A stretch of 39,470 bases of DNA, taken from the IMG/VR virus record IMGVR_UViG_3300032286_000399, positions 1-39,470 of that record. The stretch is one strand, 5' to 3'. A program made the translations under genes and the position numbers. Source of the DNA: a virus. Lineage: Duplodnaviria; Caudoviricetes. Positions 1 to 10,165 of the stretch are shown here, in pieces; the stretch's first letter is position 1, and the number at the start of each line of letters is the position of its first letter. The notes beneath the pieces were generated by a model. It did not search any database and was not told where the DNA came from. It saw only the letters and a list, made by a program, of their open reading frames with translations.

Positions 1-1362
1 ACCAGTTTACGTATACAACTTATTGGCACAGGCGATCAATCTGGCGTCTGGGGTACAAGCACAAATACAAACTTAGGCACCTTAATAGAACAAGCTATTA
101 CGGGTGTTCAAACTATTACTCTTTCTGGATCTACTTATACCTTAACAAGCTTTAATGGTATTGTAGATGAAGCCAGAAATGCAGTGTTATCATTTACTGG
201 ATCTTTATCAGCAAACTGTACTGTAATTGCACCAGCAGCTAATAAAGTATATATTGTTAGAAATAATACATCTGGTGGACAAACAGTTACTATGTCAGTA
301 GGAGCTGGTTCTACAGTGGTTGTTCCTAACGGACAAACATATATTGTATATACTGATGGATCAAACTTCTACTCAGCATCAAACTACACATCATCTAATG
401 TGGCTATTACTGGTGGTACAATTGATGGAACTGTCATTGGTGGAACTACCCCATCTAACGGATCATTCTATGATTTAACAACTTATAATACAGCAACGCT
501 TGGTGTATCTCCAGCAGCAAGATCTGTATCATTTACAAACGCCTCTCCTACTGTTGTAACTATGGCAGTTGGCACAAGACCAGTAACAAATGCACAAGTT
601 ACATTTACAGCAACATCATTACCTTCTGGCATTACAGCGGGTACAATATATTATGTAGTGCCATTAAGCTCAACCACATTTAATCTATCTACAATATCTG
701 GTGGAGCAGCCAATGTAAATACAACAAGCACTGGTTCTGTTGTTTCAATGGTAACAAATTCAAGTGTTACATTTAATACTTCAACTGCTAATGTGCCTAA
801 TAACTTAATATTTACTGGTACTGGAGCTGTTGGAATGCCTGCTGGCACAACTGCACAACAGCCAGGATCATCTGTAAATGGTATGATTCGTTACAACAGT
901 GATAACTTAGGCCTTGAAGGATATTCAAATGGTGTGTGGACTGCACTTGGTGCATCCAATGTAACAACCCTAGGTTTTTGGCAAAATAAACAACTTATTT
1001 CAGTAACTCAAACCATTGCGTCTGGATATAGTGCAATGAGTTCTGGACCAATTACACTGTCTCCTCCTATTGCAGCTCAAACAGTGACTATCTCAATTGC
1101 ATCTCCTGGCGTATTTACAGTTCCTACAACAGCGCTTCCATCTGGAACATCTTTAGTACTAACAACTACTGGTGCATTGCCTACAGGATTAACGGCTGGC
1201 GTAACTTATTACGTACTTAATCCTTCTGGATTAACATTCCAACTTTCAACATCACCTACTGGATCTCCCATTACAACAAGCGGAACGCAATCAGGCACTC
1301 ATACAGCAACGCCAACTGTATTTATTACAGTGCCTAGTGGTTCACGTTGGGTAATATTATAA
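1..1362 (+). CDS. tail fibre-like virion protein (5' truncated by window)
   Basis: The frame is open from base 1 (TSLRIQLIGTGDQSGVWGTSTNTNLGTLIEQAITG...), so the 184 start is internal. Thr/Ser/Gly-rich, ends ITVPSGSRWVIL, and has two copies of a ~75-aa domain (LPxGxTAGxxYYV...TFxLST). Confidence 0.75.
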   Translation, partial: TSLRIQLIGTGDQSGVWGTSTNTNLGTLIEQAITGVQTITLSGSTYTLTSFNGIVDEARNAVLSFTGSLSANCTVIAPAANKVYIVRNNTSGGQTVTMSVGAGSTVVVPNGQTYIVYTDGSNFYSASNYTSSNVAITGGTIDGTVIGGTTPSNGSFYDLTTYNTATLGVSPAARSVSFTNASPTVVTMAVGTRPVTNAQVTFTATSLPSGITAGTIYYVVPLSSTTFNLSTISGGAANVNTTSTGSVVSMVTNSSVTFNTSTANVPNNLIFTGTGAVGMPAGTTAQQPGSSVNGMIRYNSDNLGLEGYSNGVWTALGASNVTTLGFWQNKQLISVTQTIASGYSAMSSGPITLSPPIAAQTVTISIASPGVFTVPTTALPSGTSLVLTTTGALPTGLTAGVTYYVLNPSGLTFQLSTSPTGSPITTSGTQSGTHTATPTVFITVPSGSRWVIL

Positions 1363-1371
1363 GGATAAAAA

Positions 1372-2121
1372 ATGCCATCAACCATTAACGCATCAACCAC
1401 AAGTGGAATTATACAAACAGCAGATACTTCTGGTATTTTAAATTTACAAGCTGGTAATACAACCATGTTGTCTCTTACATCAACAGGGCCAATGCTTCCA
1501 GCTGGTACAACGACTATTGCGCCTTTAGATTTTGTATCGGGTTCATTGCTTACAACAGCAATTGCAGGCGGAGTAGAATTTGATGGTACAGCACTTTACT
1601 TTTCTCCAGCAGCATCTAGTAGAGCTGTATTAAATTCAACATACTATACTGTTTTATCTTCAGCCTATACTTTAACATCACAAACTGCCGCTCAAAAATT
1701 ATTTAATGCATCTACAAACGGTGCATTAACTTTACCTGTAGGCACTTATGAATTTGAATGCGGATATTCTCTTTCATCAATGTCTTCTTCTTCAGGTTCT
1801 TTTGGTTTTGCATTGGGTGGTACAGCAACATTTACACAGGGTTGGTATTCAATTGCTCAAAAAGGAACAGCCACTCTTGCAACTGCAACAGCAACGCAAT
1901 CTACTTATAGTACTACAGCAAATACTTCCATTGCAACAGCCTCTACTAATACAGTAGGTTATGCATTCATTAAAGGTATTATCCGTGTAACAGTAACTGG
2001 TACAGTAATTCCTCAAGTTTCACTAGGTGTTGCAGCCGCAGCTATCGTAGGTGTAAACAGTTATTTTAAAGCAACCCCAATTGGATCAGCCACAGTAACA
2101 ACTGTTGGTAACTGGTCATAA
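1372..2121 (+). CDS. tail fibre / tail-associated protein
   Basis: RBS AAGGA; Thr/Ser/Ala/Gly-rich beta-type sequence within the tail cluster. Confidence 0.65.
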   Translation: MPSTINASTTSGIIQTADTSGILNLQAGNTTMLSLTSTGPMLPAGTTTIAPLDFVSGSLLTTAIAGGVEFDGTALYFSPAASSRAVLNSTYYTVLSSAYTLTSQTAAQKLFNASTNGALTLPVGTYEFECGYSLSSMSSSSGSFGFALGGTATFTQGWYSIAQKGTATLATATATQSTYSTTANTSIATASTNTVGYAFIKGIIRVTVTGTVIPQVSLGVAAAAIVGVNSYFKATPIGSATVTTVGNWS

Positions 2122-2130
2122 GGAGATAAT

Positions 2131-2781
2131 ATGGCATCAGTAGTCATTTCAGGCGATACCTCAGGTACCGCAACACTTCAAGCGCAAGGAATTGCTGGGA
2201 ATACCACACTTACATTGCCTACCACTAGTGGTACATTAATTACTACAGCATCTGGACAAACACTTACTAGCCCAACAATTACAGGCGCTGTAGTTAGCTC
2301 TATGGCATCTAGTGTTCTTACAGTAGGAACAGCTCAAGCAACAACATCTGGAACATCTAAATCTTTTTTAAGTATCCCATCATGGGTTAAAAGAATCACT
2401 GTGATTGGAAGTGGTGTTAATACAAATGGTAGCTCTCCTGTTTTAGTGCAGCTTGGATCAGGATCAATTCAAACAACTGGCTATAATTCATCTTTTGGTT
2501 ATTTAACTGCTGGCTCTGTAACATCTGGTGGCAGCACTTCAGGATTTGGTCTTTGGCGTGGTGGCGCAACTGACATACTTTATTTTAATATGATTATTAC
2601 CAATATATCTGGAAACACTTGGGTGCAATCTCACTCTGGTGCATTCTTAACTCCTGGCAATTATTGTATATCAGGTGGTGGTAATGTTACAATATCTGCT
2701 GGTGTAGTGGATAGACTTGCCCTTGTCACAACAAGCACTGATAACTTTAATGCTGGCTCAGTTAACATTATTTACGAATAG
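2131..2781 (+). CDS. tail fibre / tail-associated protein
   Basis: RBS AGGAG; N-terminus ISGDTSG..TL.A...AG..TLTLP is typical of small phage fibre proteins. Confidence 0.65.
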   Translation: MASVVISGDTSGTATLQAQGIAGNTTLTLPTTSGTLITTASGQTLTSPTITGAVVSSMASSVLTVGTAQATTSGTSKSFLSIPSWVKRITVIGSGVNTNGSSPVLVQLGSGSIQTTGYNSSFGYLTAGSVTSGGSTSGFGLWRGGATDILYFNMIITNISGNTWVQSHSGAFLTPGNYCISGGGNVTISAGVVDRLALVTTSTDNFNAGSVNIIYE

Positions 2782-2789
2782 GATTATAT

Positions 2790-3308
2790 ATGCCTATTGT
2801 AGTTAATTCTAATCTTGCAAATATAATGCCATCATGGACTACGGCAACTAGACCTACAAATCCAACAAAAGGTCAACTTGGTTATAATACAACTACAAAT
2901 TCATTAGAAAATTACAATGGTGCTTCGTGGAGTGTTGGCACAACACCAGAACCAGGTGCTTCTGGAAATGTTCTAACATCTGATGGATCTATATGGGCTA
3001 GTGCATTGCAAGATGGTCTTGGATATAACCAAACATGGTCTTTGCCAACAAGGACATCTGGTACAACATATACCAATAGCACATCAAAACCAATATATGT
3101 AATGATTGCCATTGGTGGATCTTTAAGTGGTAGCGGAACATTTACTATTGTTGTAGGTGGCACAACTATTTTGAGCGCATCTTATAGTTCAAATGCAAGT
3201 GGAGGCGGTCAACCATATTCAGCATCTTTTATAGTTCCTGCTGGAGCTACATATGTTGCAACTGTTACTGGCAACTTTGGAATTGCCTCATGGTCAGAAT
3301 TAAGTTAA
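2790..3308 (+). CDS. tail fibre-like protein, paralog 1
   Basis: 172 aa; PSWTTATRP..P..GQLGYN...LE.YNG.SW module; colinear with the next gene. Confidence 0.65.
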   Translation: MPIVVNSNLANIMPSWTTATRPTNPTKGQLGYNTTTNSLENYNGASWSVGTTPEPGASGNVLTSDGSIWASALQDGLGYNQTWSLPTRTSGTTYTNSTSKPIYVMIAIGGSLSGSGTFTIVVGGTTILSASYSSNASGGGQPYSASFIVPAGATYVATVTGNFGIASWSELS

Positions 3309-3324
3309 TTAAAAAAGGAATATT

Positions 3325-3843
3325 ATGCCATTAGTATTAGATGGATTAAACGGAGAATCTTTCCCTACATGGACTACGGCAACCAGACCATCATCCCCCG
3401 TAGCTGGTCAGCTTGGATACAATTCAACATTAAATGTATTGGAATGTTATAACGGATCTTCTTGGGTAACTGGAGGTTTAATTTCCCCAGGTACATCTGG
3501 AAATGTTTTAACGTCTAACGGAACAGACTGGACAAGCGCTGCACCAGGTGGGCTTGGGGTAGGTCAAACATGGACACTACCTACAAGAGCAGCTGGCACA
3601 ACATATACAAACTCTACTTCTAAACCTATATTTGTTATGATTAATATTAATCAGCCCTTATCTGGAGGTGGAAGTATTACTATATTAGTGGGTGCAGTTA
3701 CTATTTTTAGTTCTAGTTACAGTAGCAATGCAAGCGGAGGTAATCAACCAAACTCAGCAATGTTTATTGTGCCTGCTGGATCTACATATCTTATTACTGT
3801 AAGTGGTAGCACAAGTGTAGGCACTTGGGCTGAATTGAGTTAA
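3325..3843 (+). CDS. tail fibre-like protein, paralog 2
   Basis: 172 aa; shares WTTATRP, GQLGYN, SGNVLTS, QTW.LPTR, GTTYTNSTSKPI, SYSSNASGG and WxELS with 2790-3308. Confidence 0.65.
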   Translation: MPLVLDGLNGESFPTWTTATRPSSPVAGQLGYNSTLNVLECYNGSSWVTGGLISPGTSGNVLTSNGTDWTSAAPGGLGVGQTWTLPTRAAGTTYTNSTSKPIFVMININQPLSGGGSITILVGAVTIFSSSYSSNASGGNQPNSAMFIVPAGSTYLITVSGSTSVGTWAELS

Positions 3844-3852
3844 GGAAAAATT

Positions 3853-4218
3853 ATGGATCCAATAACAATACTATCAGCATTTGCCCCAGTTGTCATGGAC
3901 TTAGGCAAATCACTTATTAATAAGTTTATAGCGCCAGATCAATTTAAGCCAGCTACAATTGAACAATACACTGCAATGAAAAGCATTGACTTAGAATTTT
4001 TTAAGACAATGAATGAAGTGGGTTCTGGTAATCCAAGTTACCCATGGGTAGAAGCTATCGTACGCCTTATGAGACCTATTATAGGTATCATGGTATTAGG
4101 CATATGGTGTTATACAGTAGCGGTAGGTCAGATGTCTGGTGAAGTTAATAATTTTGCATCAGCTGTAGGATTCTACTTATTCGGGGAACGTAGTTTATTT
4201 CACATTAAAAACAAATGA
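3853..4218 (+). CDS. putative holin
   Basis: Hydrophobic C-terminal segments (MRPIIGIMVLGIWCYTVAV; AVGFYLFGERS); overlaps the endolysin start (ATGA). Confidence 0.6.
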   Translation: MDPITILSAFAPVVMDLGKSLINKFIAPDQFKPATIEQYTAMKSIDLEFFKTMNEVGSGNPSYPWVEAIVRLMRPIIGIMVLGIWCYTVAVGQMSGEVNNFASAVGFYLFGERSLFHIKNK

Positions 4219-4646
4219 ACTTAAGCCCTAATTTTACATTAGAGGAGTTAACATATAGTGAAACTGCACAACGCAAAGGATTGGACAATACGCCAACTGA
4301 AGAAGTTAAAGCAAACCTTGTTAGGCTGGCTCGCTTTCTTGAAGAAGTAAGAAGAGTGCTTGGTAGGCCAATTATGATTAATTCGGCCTACAGAAGCGTC
4401 AAGGTTAATGAAGCTATAGGATCTAAAGCAACATCACAACATTGCTCTGGATGCGCAGCTGACATAAGAGTTCCTGGATTAACACCAGATAATATTGTTA
4501 AGCTCATATTAAAAAGTAACATTGAATATGATCAAGTTATCCGTGAATTTGATTCATGGGTGCATATATCAATACCAAATAAATTTGCCGATAAGCCAAG
4601 AAAAATGGCTTTAATTATAGATAAAAATGGAACAAGGCCTTATTAA
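4215..4646 (+). CDS. endolysin, peptidase M15A-like
   Basis: LSPNFTLEEL start, INSAYRS..VN.AIG, SQHxxGxAAD zinc motif and WVHIS. Confidence 0.88.
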   Translation: MNLSPNFTLEELTYSETAQRKGLDNTPTEEVKANLVRLARFLEEVRRVLGRPIMINSAYRSVKVNEAIGSKATSQHCSGCAADIRVPGLTPDNIVKLILKSNIEYDQVIREFDSWVHISIPNKFADKPRKMALIIDKNGTRPY

Positions 4647-7216
4647 TGGCATTACAAAAACTTACATACAGACCAGGGCTTAACCGTGAAGGAACCAACT
4701 ATTCTAACGAAGGTGGATTCTTTGATGGCGATAAAGTTCGCTTTAGATCTGGTCAAGCTGAAAAGATTGGTGGATGGATTCAAGTAGATCAAGACCAGTT
4801 TTTAGGTTTAGCAAAGTCATTGTGGACATGGACTGACACAGACGGACTTTCTAGCTATCTTTCATTGGGTACTAATGTTAAGTACTATATATTCTTTGGT
4901 GGTGCTTATTATGATATTACACCAATTTATAGAACAGACGGTACAGCATTATCTGCGCCAAACAATCTTCCAGCAAGTCCAATAGCAACCACAAATGGAT
5001 CTAATATAGTCACTATTACAGACAATAACTACAATCCATCTGTAGGTGATTATGTAATTATTACAACTACAGCAGCTGTAGGTGGTTTAACTATATCTGG
5101 TGAATATGTGGTGACTGGCGTTCCTACCACAACTAAATTTGAAATTACCGCAGCAAGCAATGCATCCTCTACAGCTACTGGCGGTGGCACAGTAGTTATT
5201 CAATATGAATACCCTACAGGCGCATCTGCTGCCGTTCCTGGTCTTGGCTGGGGTGCTGGTCCATGGTCACCCACAGTACCATTTAATTTAATTACAAATC
5301 CATTTGCAGTCACATCTGGTAGCTCCACTGTGACAGTTACTCAAGCAGCCCATGGATTAAGTGTTGGAAATTATGTAGCATATGTAGGCCCAGCTCCTAC
5401 GGAATCAATACCAGCATTTGGTGGATTACCAGTTAATGCATTAAAGGGTACATTCATAGTTAGAACAGTCGCTACAAATACATACACAATTGATCTTCCA
5501 GAAGAGCCTGCAACTGCATTACGCCAAGGATCTACTTATACCATTGCCGTAACTGGCACTACTAATTGGGTAGCTATTGGAGCAGCAAGTACAGCGGTAG
5601 GTACTGTATTTACAAAGAACGCTACTGTTGCTACAGGAGATGGTACAGCATACATTACAGCTACATCTACAGTATCTGGTGGTGGTGCTAACGTTATTGC
5701 ATATCCACAGTATGGTTCTCGTGGCTGGGGTACAGCAGCAGCAACAGGCACTGGAGTATCTGGAACTATTAGGCTTTGGTCTAATGACAACTATGGTTCA
5801 GATCTAGTCATAGCCCCACGTGAAGGACCTATTTACTATTGGCAAGACTCTTCTGGTGTATCTGTGAGAGCTAAAAGTTTAGCAGTTTTAGCTAACGATA
5901 CTACATTAGCATCTACAACAGCTACATTTGCATCTGGTGTTTCAACTATTACTGTAGCAAATGCAACAAATATATTACCTCGTGCAAGAATTTCTGGCAC
6001 TGGTATTGCAACTGGAACATATGTCACATCAGCTTATGTTATAGGATCAACTTCAGTTCCTATATCAGCAAACACTACAGCTATTAATGATGCCAACCCA
6101 TATACATTTTCATATGCTGGTGACTACGTACCAAACGCTACCAACCAAGTTATGTCAGCATCTATTGAGCAATTTATTATAGCTCTTGGTGCAAACTCAT
6201 ATGTACAAGCAACACCTAATTCAACATTTAATCCTATGTTAGTGAGATGGTCAGATCAAGCTAATCCTTTACAATGGGTGCCACAAGTTACAAATCAATC
6301 TGGTGAGTTTACACTTTCTAATGGTTCATTCATTATGTGTGGACAAACAACACGACAAGAAACATTGATATGGACTAACTCATGCCTATACTCAATGCAG
6401 TATGTAGGATTCCCTTATGTATGGAGCTTCCAAGTATTGATGGATAACATATCTATTATGTCACCTAACGTTCCAGTTACAGTTAATAACGTGACTTACT
6501 GGATGGGTAAAGATAAGTTCTATATGTACACTGGTGTGGTTCAGACCTTACCATGTTCATTAAGACAGTTCATATTTGACAATATTAATAGAGACCAAGC
6601 CTTCCAAGTATTTGGTGGATCTAATGAAGCTTACAATGAAGTATGGTGGTTCTATTGCTCACAAAACTCAACAGTCATAGATAAATATGTCATATACAAT
6701 TATTTAGATAAAGTATGGTCATATGGCACTATGGGAAGAACAGCATGGCTACAATATGGTATCAACCCATATCCAGTAGCAGCGGATTATAATTCAAGAC
6801 TTTTATACCATGAGGTAGGATGCGATGATGTTGCTACAGCAAGCCCACAACCAATTACGGCTTATATACAATCTTCTGACTTCGGCATTGAAGCTGGCGA
6901 GCATCTTGGCTTTGTATGGCGTATGTTGCCTGACGTCAATTTTACTGGCTCAACCGTTAATAATCCTAGCGTTACAATGACTTTATTCGGTAAGGCTAAC
7001 TCTGGATCTTATCCAGTATCAAGTGATGTTGATACAGTTACAAGCGGACAAAACTATACCTCAGTAGCTGAATACACCATTCAAACTTATGATGGTCAAG
7101 TCTATACTAGACTTCGTGGCAGACAGTTAAGTTTTAAAATAGAATCTACTGGTATGGGTGTAGCATGGCAATTAGGTGTTCCTCGTATTGATGTTAAACC
7201 AGCTGGGCGTAGATAA
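4646..7216 (+). CDS. tail hub / DNA-stabilisation protein (P22 gp10-like) with Thr-rich insertions
   Basis: 856 aa; VRWSDQ, EVWWFY, YVIYNY...WSYG and TRLRGRQ..FKIES motifs; lies before the ejection genes. Confidence 0.6.
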   Translation: MALQKLTYRPGLNREGTNYSNEGGFFDGDKVRFRSGQAEKIGGWIQVDQDQFLGLAKSLWTWTDTDGLSSYLSLGTNVKYYIFFGGAYYDITPIYRTDGTALSAPNNLPASPIATTNGSNIVTITDNNYNPSVGDYVIITTTAAVGGLTISGEYVVTGVPTTTKFEITAASNASSTATGGGTVVIQYEYPTGASAAVPGLGWGAGPWSPTVPFNLITNPFAVTSGSSTVTVTQAAHGLSVGNYVAYVGPAPTESIPAFGGLPVNALKGTFIVRTVATNTYTIDLPEEPATALRQGSTYTIAVTGTTNWVAIGAASTAVGTVFTKNATVATGDGTAYITATSTVSGGGANVIAYPQYGSRGWGTAAATGTGVSGTIRLWSNDNYGSDLVIAPREGPIYYWQDSSGVSVRAKSLAVLANDTTLASTTATFASGVSTITVANATNILPRARISGTGIATGTYVTSAYVIGSTSVPISANTTAINDANPYTFSYAGDYVPNATNQVMSASIEQFIIALGANSYVQATPNSTFNPMLVRWSDQANPLQWVPQVTNQSGEFTLSNGSFIMCGQTTRQETLIWTNSCLYSMQYVGFPYVWSFQVLMDNISIMSPNVPVTVNNVTYWMGKDKFYMYTGVVQTLPCSLRQFIFDNINRDQAFQVFGGSNEAYNEVWWFYCSQNSTVIDKYVIYNYLDKVWSYGTMGRTAWLQYGINPYPVAADYNSRLLYHEVGCDDVATASPQPITAYIQSSDFGIEAGEHLGFVWRMLPDVNFTGSTVNNPSVTMTLFGKANSGSYPVSSDVDTVTSGQNYTSVAEYTIQTYDGQVYTRLRGRQLSFKIESTGMGVAWQLGVPRIDVKPAGRR

Positions 7217-8079
7217 TGGCTAACATAAATCAACTAAGAAATGTAGTTGCTCCAAACTTACCTATAGCTTCAGCTACCTATAGCCAACAATATACAGATG
7301 AATACTCTAATGTATTAAGACTTTATTTTAACCAGTTAAGTAATTTTACTCAGTCATTATCTGGCTCTTCTGGTGGTGTGTCAATTAGATTTCCTAATGG
7401 TGCTTTTCATCAAGATGGATATACAACTTTAACTAACGCTATACCAAACTCAGGTTCAACAGCAACTATTGTTGTAGCTTCTACCGCTATGTTTGCATCT
7501 GCTGGTACGATTCTGATTGAGAAGGAATTAATTAGTTATACGGGCAAAACAGCAACCACATTTACTGGAATTACTCGCTCTCAATATGGTTCTTCAGGGG
7601 CTTCTCATGCAGCTGGAGTTTATGTAACAGAAGCGCAAGCAGCGCCTTCTTCAACAACGGCATTGGCTGTTCCATTTGATTCAACAGATATTAGCAATCA
7701 AGTAAGTATAGATACAGCAGACAACAGTAAGGTTGTTTTTACAGCTTCAGGATACTATAACATACAGTTTAGCGCTCAACTTCTAAATCCAAGAAGTTCA
7801 ATAGATAATGTGGTTTTTTGGTTTAGGCAGAATGGTAATGATATTTCATATAGCACTGGGGTTGTTACGGTTCCAATAGGACCTGGTACTAATCTAGGCG
7901 CTATAATAGTTGCTTGGAATATAGTGCTTCCTATAAATGCTGGAGACGACATTCAATTAATGTATCATACAAATTCTGGAGATACAGTTCTTGGCACATA
8001 TCCACCAGGTACGGCTCCAGTACACCCTGCGGCACCGTCTGTTATTTTGACTGCAACGTTTGTATCAGCAATAGACTAA
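7216..8079 (+). CDS. tail-associated virion protein
   Basis: APNLP.A..EY....LRLYFN-type N-terminus; C1q/TNF-like C-terminus (GYYNIQFSAQL...FWFRQNG). Confidence 0.55.
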   Translation: MANINQLRNVVAPNLPIASATYSQQYTDEYSNVLRLYFNQLSNFTQSLSGSSGGVSIRFPNGAFHQDGYTTLTNAIPNSGSTATIVVASTAMFASAGTILIEKELISYTGKTATTFTGITRSQYGSSGASHAAGVYVTEAQAAPSSTTALAVPFDSTDISNQVSIDTADNSKVVFTASGYYNIQFSAQLLNPRSSIDNVVFWFRQNGNDISYSTGVVTVPIGPGTNLGAIIVAWNIVLPINAGDDIQLMYHTNSGDTVLGTYPPGTAPVHPAAPSVILTATFVSAID

Positions 8080-8136
8080 AGGCCCTTATTATATGGTAAA
8101 ATACATGAAAATATCTCTAATTCAAGCGAGTCAATT

Positions 8137-9741
8137 ATGAGCTTAGTCCTTGCAGCCAAACACCTAGAATCCCAAGGTCGTGGAAACGATTCTCACCTAG
8201 TCCATATGACTACTGGTGAGTTACAATCACTTCGTGGTTTAGCTAAAGCCCATGGTGGCGAAATTACAATCAACCCTAAAACAGGACTCCCAGAGGCTGG
8301 CTTCTTAAGCTCTATTTTACCTACCGTATTAGGTGTTGCTGGCGCAGCTATGGGCATACCTACACCACTACTCATTGGTGGTATTGGACTTGCAACCGCA
8401 GCAATTACTGGAGATCTTGGTAAAGGTCTTATGGCTGGTTTAGGTGCATGGTCTGGTGCTGGATTAGCTGGAGAAATTTCTAAAGTAGGTGCAGCACAAA
8501 CTGCATTAGATGCAAGTAAAACAGGTGCAGCCGTTGGAGATGTCGTTGCACAAGCTCCATTACAAGCAACAAACGCAGCAATCAATACAAATGTTGGAAG
8601 TTCTTTAATGGGCGCAAATGCTCTTAATACAGCAAATACTACGACTGGTCTTGCTAATATTGGCTCAGCTGGAACAAGCACTGGAGGCCTTTCAGGATTC
8701 TTTGGCTCAACAAATCCAGCAGTTTCCGTAGGCACAGATGTTTTACAGGGTAGAACAGCAGCAGAGGCAGCACAAATTGCAGGCAAAGCATCTCCTAGCT
8801 TTTTAGATCCAAATGCTCCAGCAAACTTTAAGGCTGGCTTTGGTAAGATTACATCATCACCTGGTGAAGCATGGCAATTTACAAAAGACAATCCATTTAC
8901 TGTTGCAGGCGCTGCTTACCCATTTATAAATGAATTATTAAAACCTCCTACATATAAACCAAAAGAAAAAGAAAAGAATCCATTTGGCCTTAAATATCTT
9001 TCTGAAGATTTCCAAGGCAGCTTCCCAGCACAACCAAGCCCAGCATATCAAGCTCAATACCGTGACTATGTAGCTAATCCATACGTGCCAGGTGCAGCTG
9101 GCGGTGGATTACAAACAGCAAATTATGCTCGTGGTGATTTAGTTAAGTATGGCTTAGGTTTATTAAATCAAAAACAAGAGCAAGCACCTATTACAGCAAC
9201 TGATCCAGGAACTGGTTATAGCCCAGCATATAACTCTCTTGGTATAATGCCATATGAAAAAGATACTGAAGGCATGTCTTCAGATCAGATGGCAAAATCA
9301 ATATTAAAACAAGCAAAAACTTTAGGTAAATTAGCATCTAAAGCAAGCGTCATGATGCCTGATCCAGCAGAGACAGCAATCTCATCTATTCAAAGAGATC
9401 CTGCTGCAACCTCAGCAAAAGAAGGTGGGCTACAAGGTTATGCTTTAGGTGGTTTAAGCATGGGACATTTAGGAGGATATTCAGATGGTGGTAGATTACT
9501 TAAGGGACCTGGCGATGGCGTTTCTGACTCTATACCCGCTTCTATCGGTGCTAAGCAGCCAGCAAGATTGGCTGAAGGCGAGTTTGTTATCCCAGCTAGA
9601 ATTGTTTCGGAATTAGGTAATGGTTCTACAGATGCTGGAGCCAAACGTTTATATGCAATGATGGATCGTGTTAAAGCTAAACGTGCAAAGACAAAGAATA
9701 TAGCAGCAGATTCTAAGGCTTATAAATACTTGCCAGCGTAA
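8137..9741 (+). CDS. putative DNA ejection / internal virion protein
   Basis: GRGNDS.LVHM...TINPKTGLPEA N-terminus, Gly/Ala-rich hydrophobic stretch, GPGDGVSDSIPA...LAEGEFVIPA C-terminal motif. Confidence 0.6.
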   Translation: MSLVLAAKHLESQGRGNDSHLVHMTTGELQSLRGLAKAHGGEITINPKTGLPEAGFLSSILPTVLGVAGAAMGIPTPLLIGGIGLATAAITGDLGKGLMAGLGAWSGAGLAGEISKVGAAQTALDASKTGAAVGDVVAQAPLQATNAAINTNVGSSLMGANALNTANTTTGLANIGSAGTSTGGLSGFFGSTNPAVSVGTDVLQGRTAAEAAQIAGKASPSFLDPNAPANFKAGFGKITSSPGEAWQFTKDNPFTVAGAAYPFINELLKPPTYKPKEKEKNPFGLKYLSEDFQGSFPAQPSPAYQAQYRDYVANPYVPGAAGGGLQTANYARGDLVKYGLGLLNQKQEQAPITATDPGTGYSPAYNSLGIMPYEKDTEGMSSDQMAKSILKQAKTLGKLASKASVMMPDPAETAISSIQRDPAATSAKEGGLQGYALGGLSMGHLGGYSDGGRLLKGPGDGVSDSIPASIGAKQPARLAEGEFVIPARIVSELGNGSTDAGAKRLYAMMDRVKAKRAKTKNIAADSKAYKYLPA

Positions 9742-10163
9742 TGGAAGTATCTTTAATACCAAAAGAATACATCAACAATGTATGGCCTCAAATTGAGGAA
9801 TACATGGATGGCGCAGCCAAATATACATTTGGTAGATTTACAGCACAAGACATCTATGATGGATTGATGAGTAAACCGCAACAGTTATGGATTGCTTTTG
9901 ATAAAGAAGATAATCAAATATATGGTGCAGTAGTCACGCAAGTGCATCCATACCCAAGACTAACTGGTCTTGTTATGCATTTTACTGGTGGAAAAGAAAT
10001 ACAGAAATGGAAAGATCCCATGTTGGCATTGTTAAGAAAATTTGCCAAAGATAACGGATGTACGATTATTGAATCATATGGTCGTCCTGGTTGGGAAAGA
10101 ATATTTAAAGATGATGGATTTCAACAACGATTTATGTTTTACGAATTACCCGTGGAGAATTAA
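9741..10163 (+). CDS. GNAT-fold virion-associated protein (putative)
   Basis: QLWIA..IYGAVVT...FAKDNGC..IESYGRPGWER pattern; sits between ejection genes. Confidence 0.5.
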   Translation: MEVSLIPKEYINNVWPQIEEYMDGAAKYTFGRFTAQDIYDGLMSKPQQLWIAFDKEDNQIYGAVVTQVHPYPRLTGLVMHFTGGKEIQKWKDPMLALLRKFAKDNGCTIIESYGRPGWERIFKDDGFQQRFMFYELPVEN

Positions 10164-10165
10164 GA

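Noticed and set aside
2790-3843. Diversity-generating retroelement TR/VR pair
   Set aside because: Both copies are full ORFs, differences are not adenine-specific, and no reverse transcriptase is in the window.
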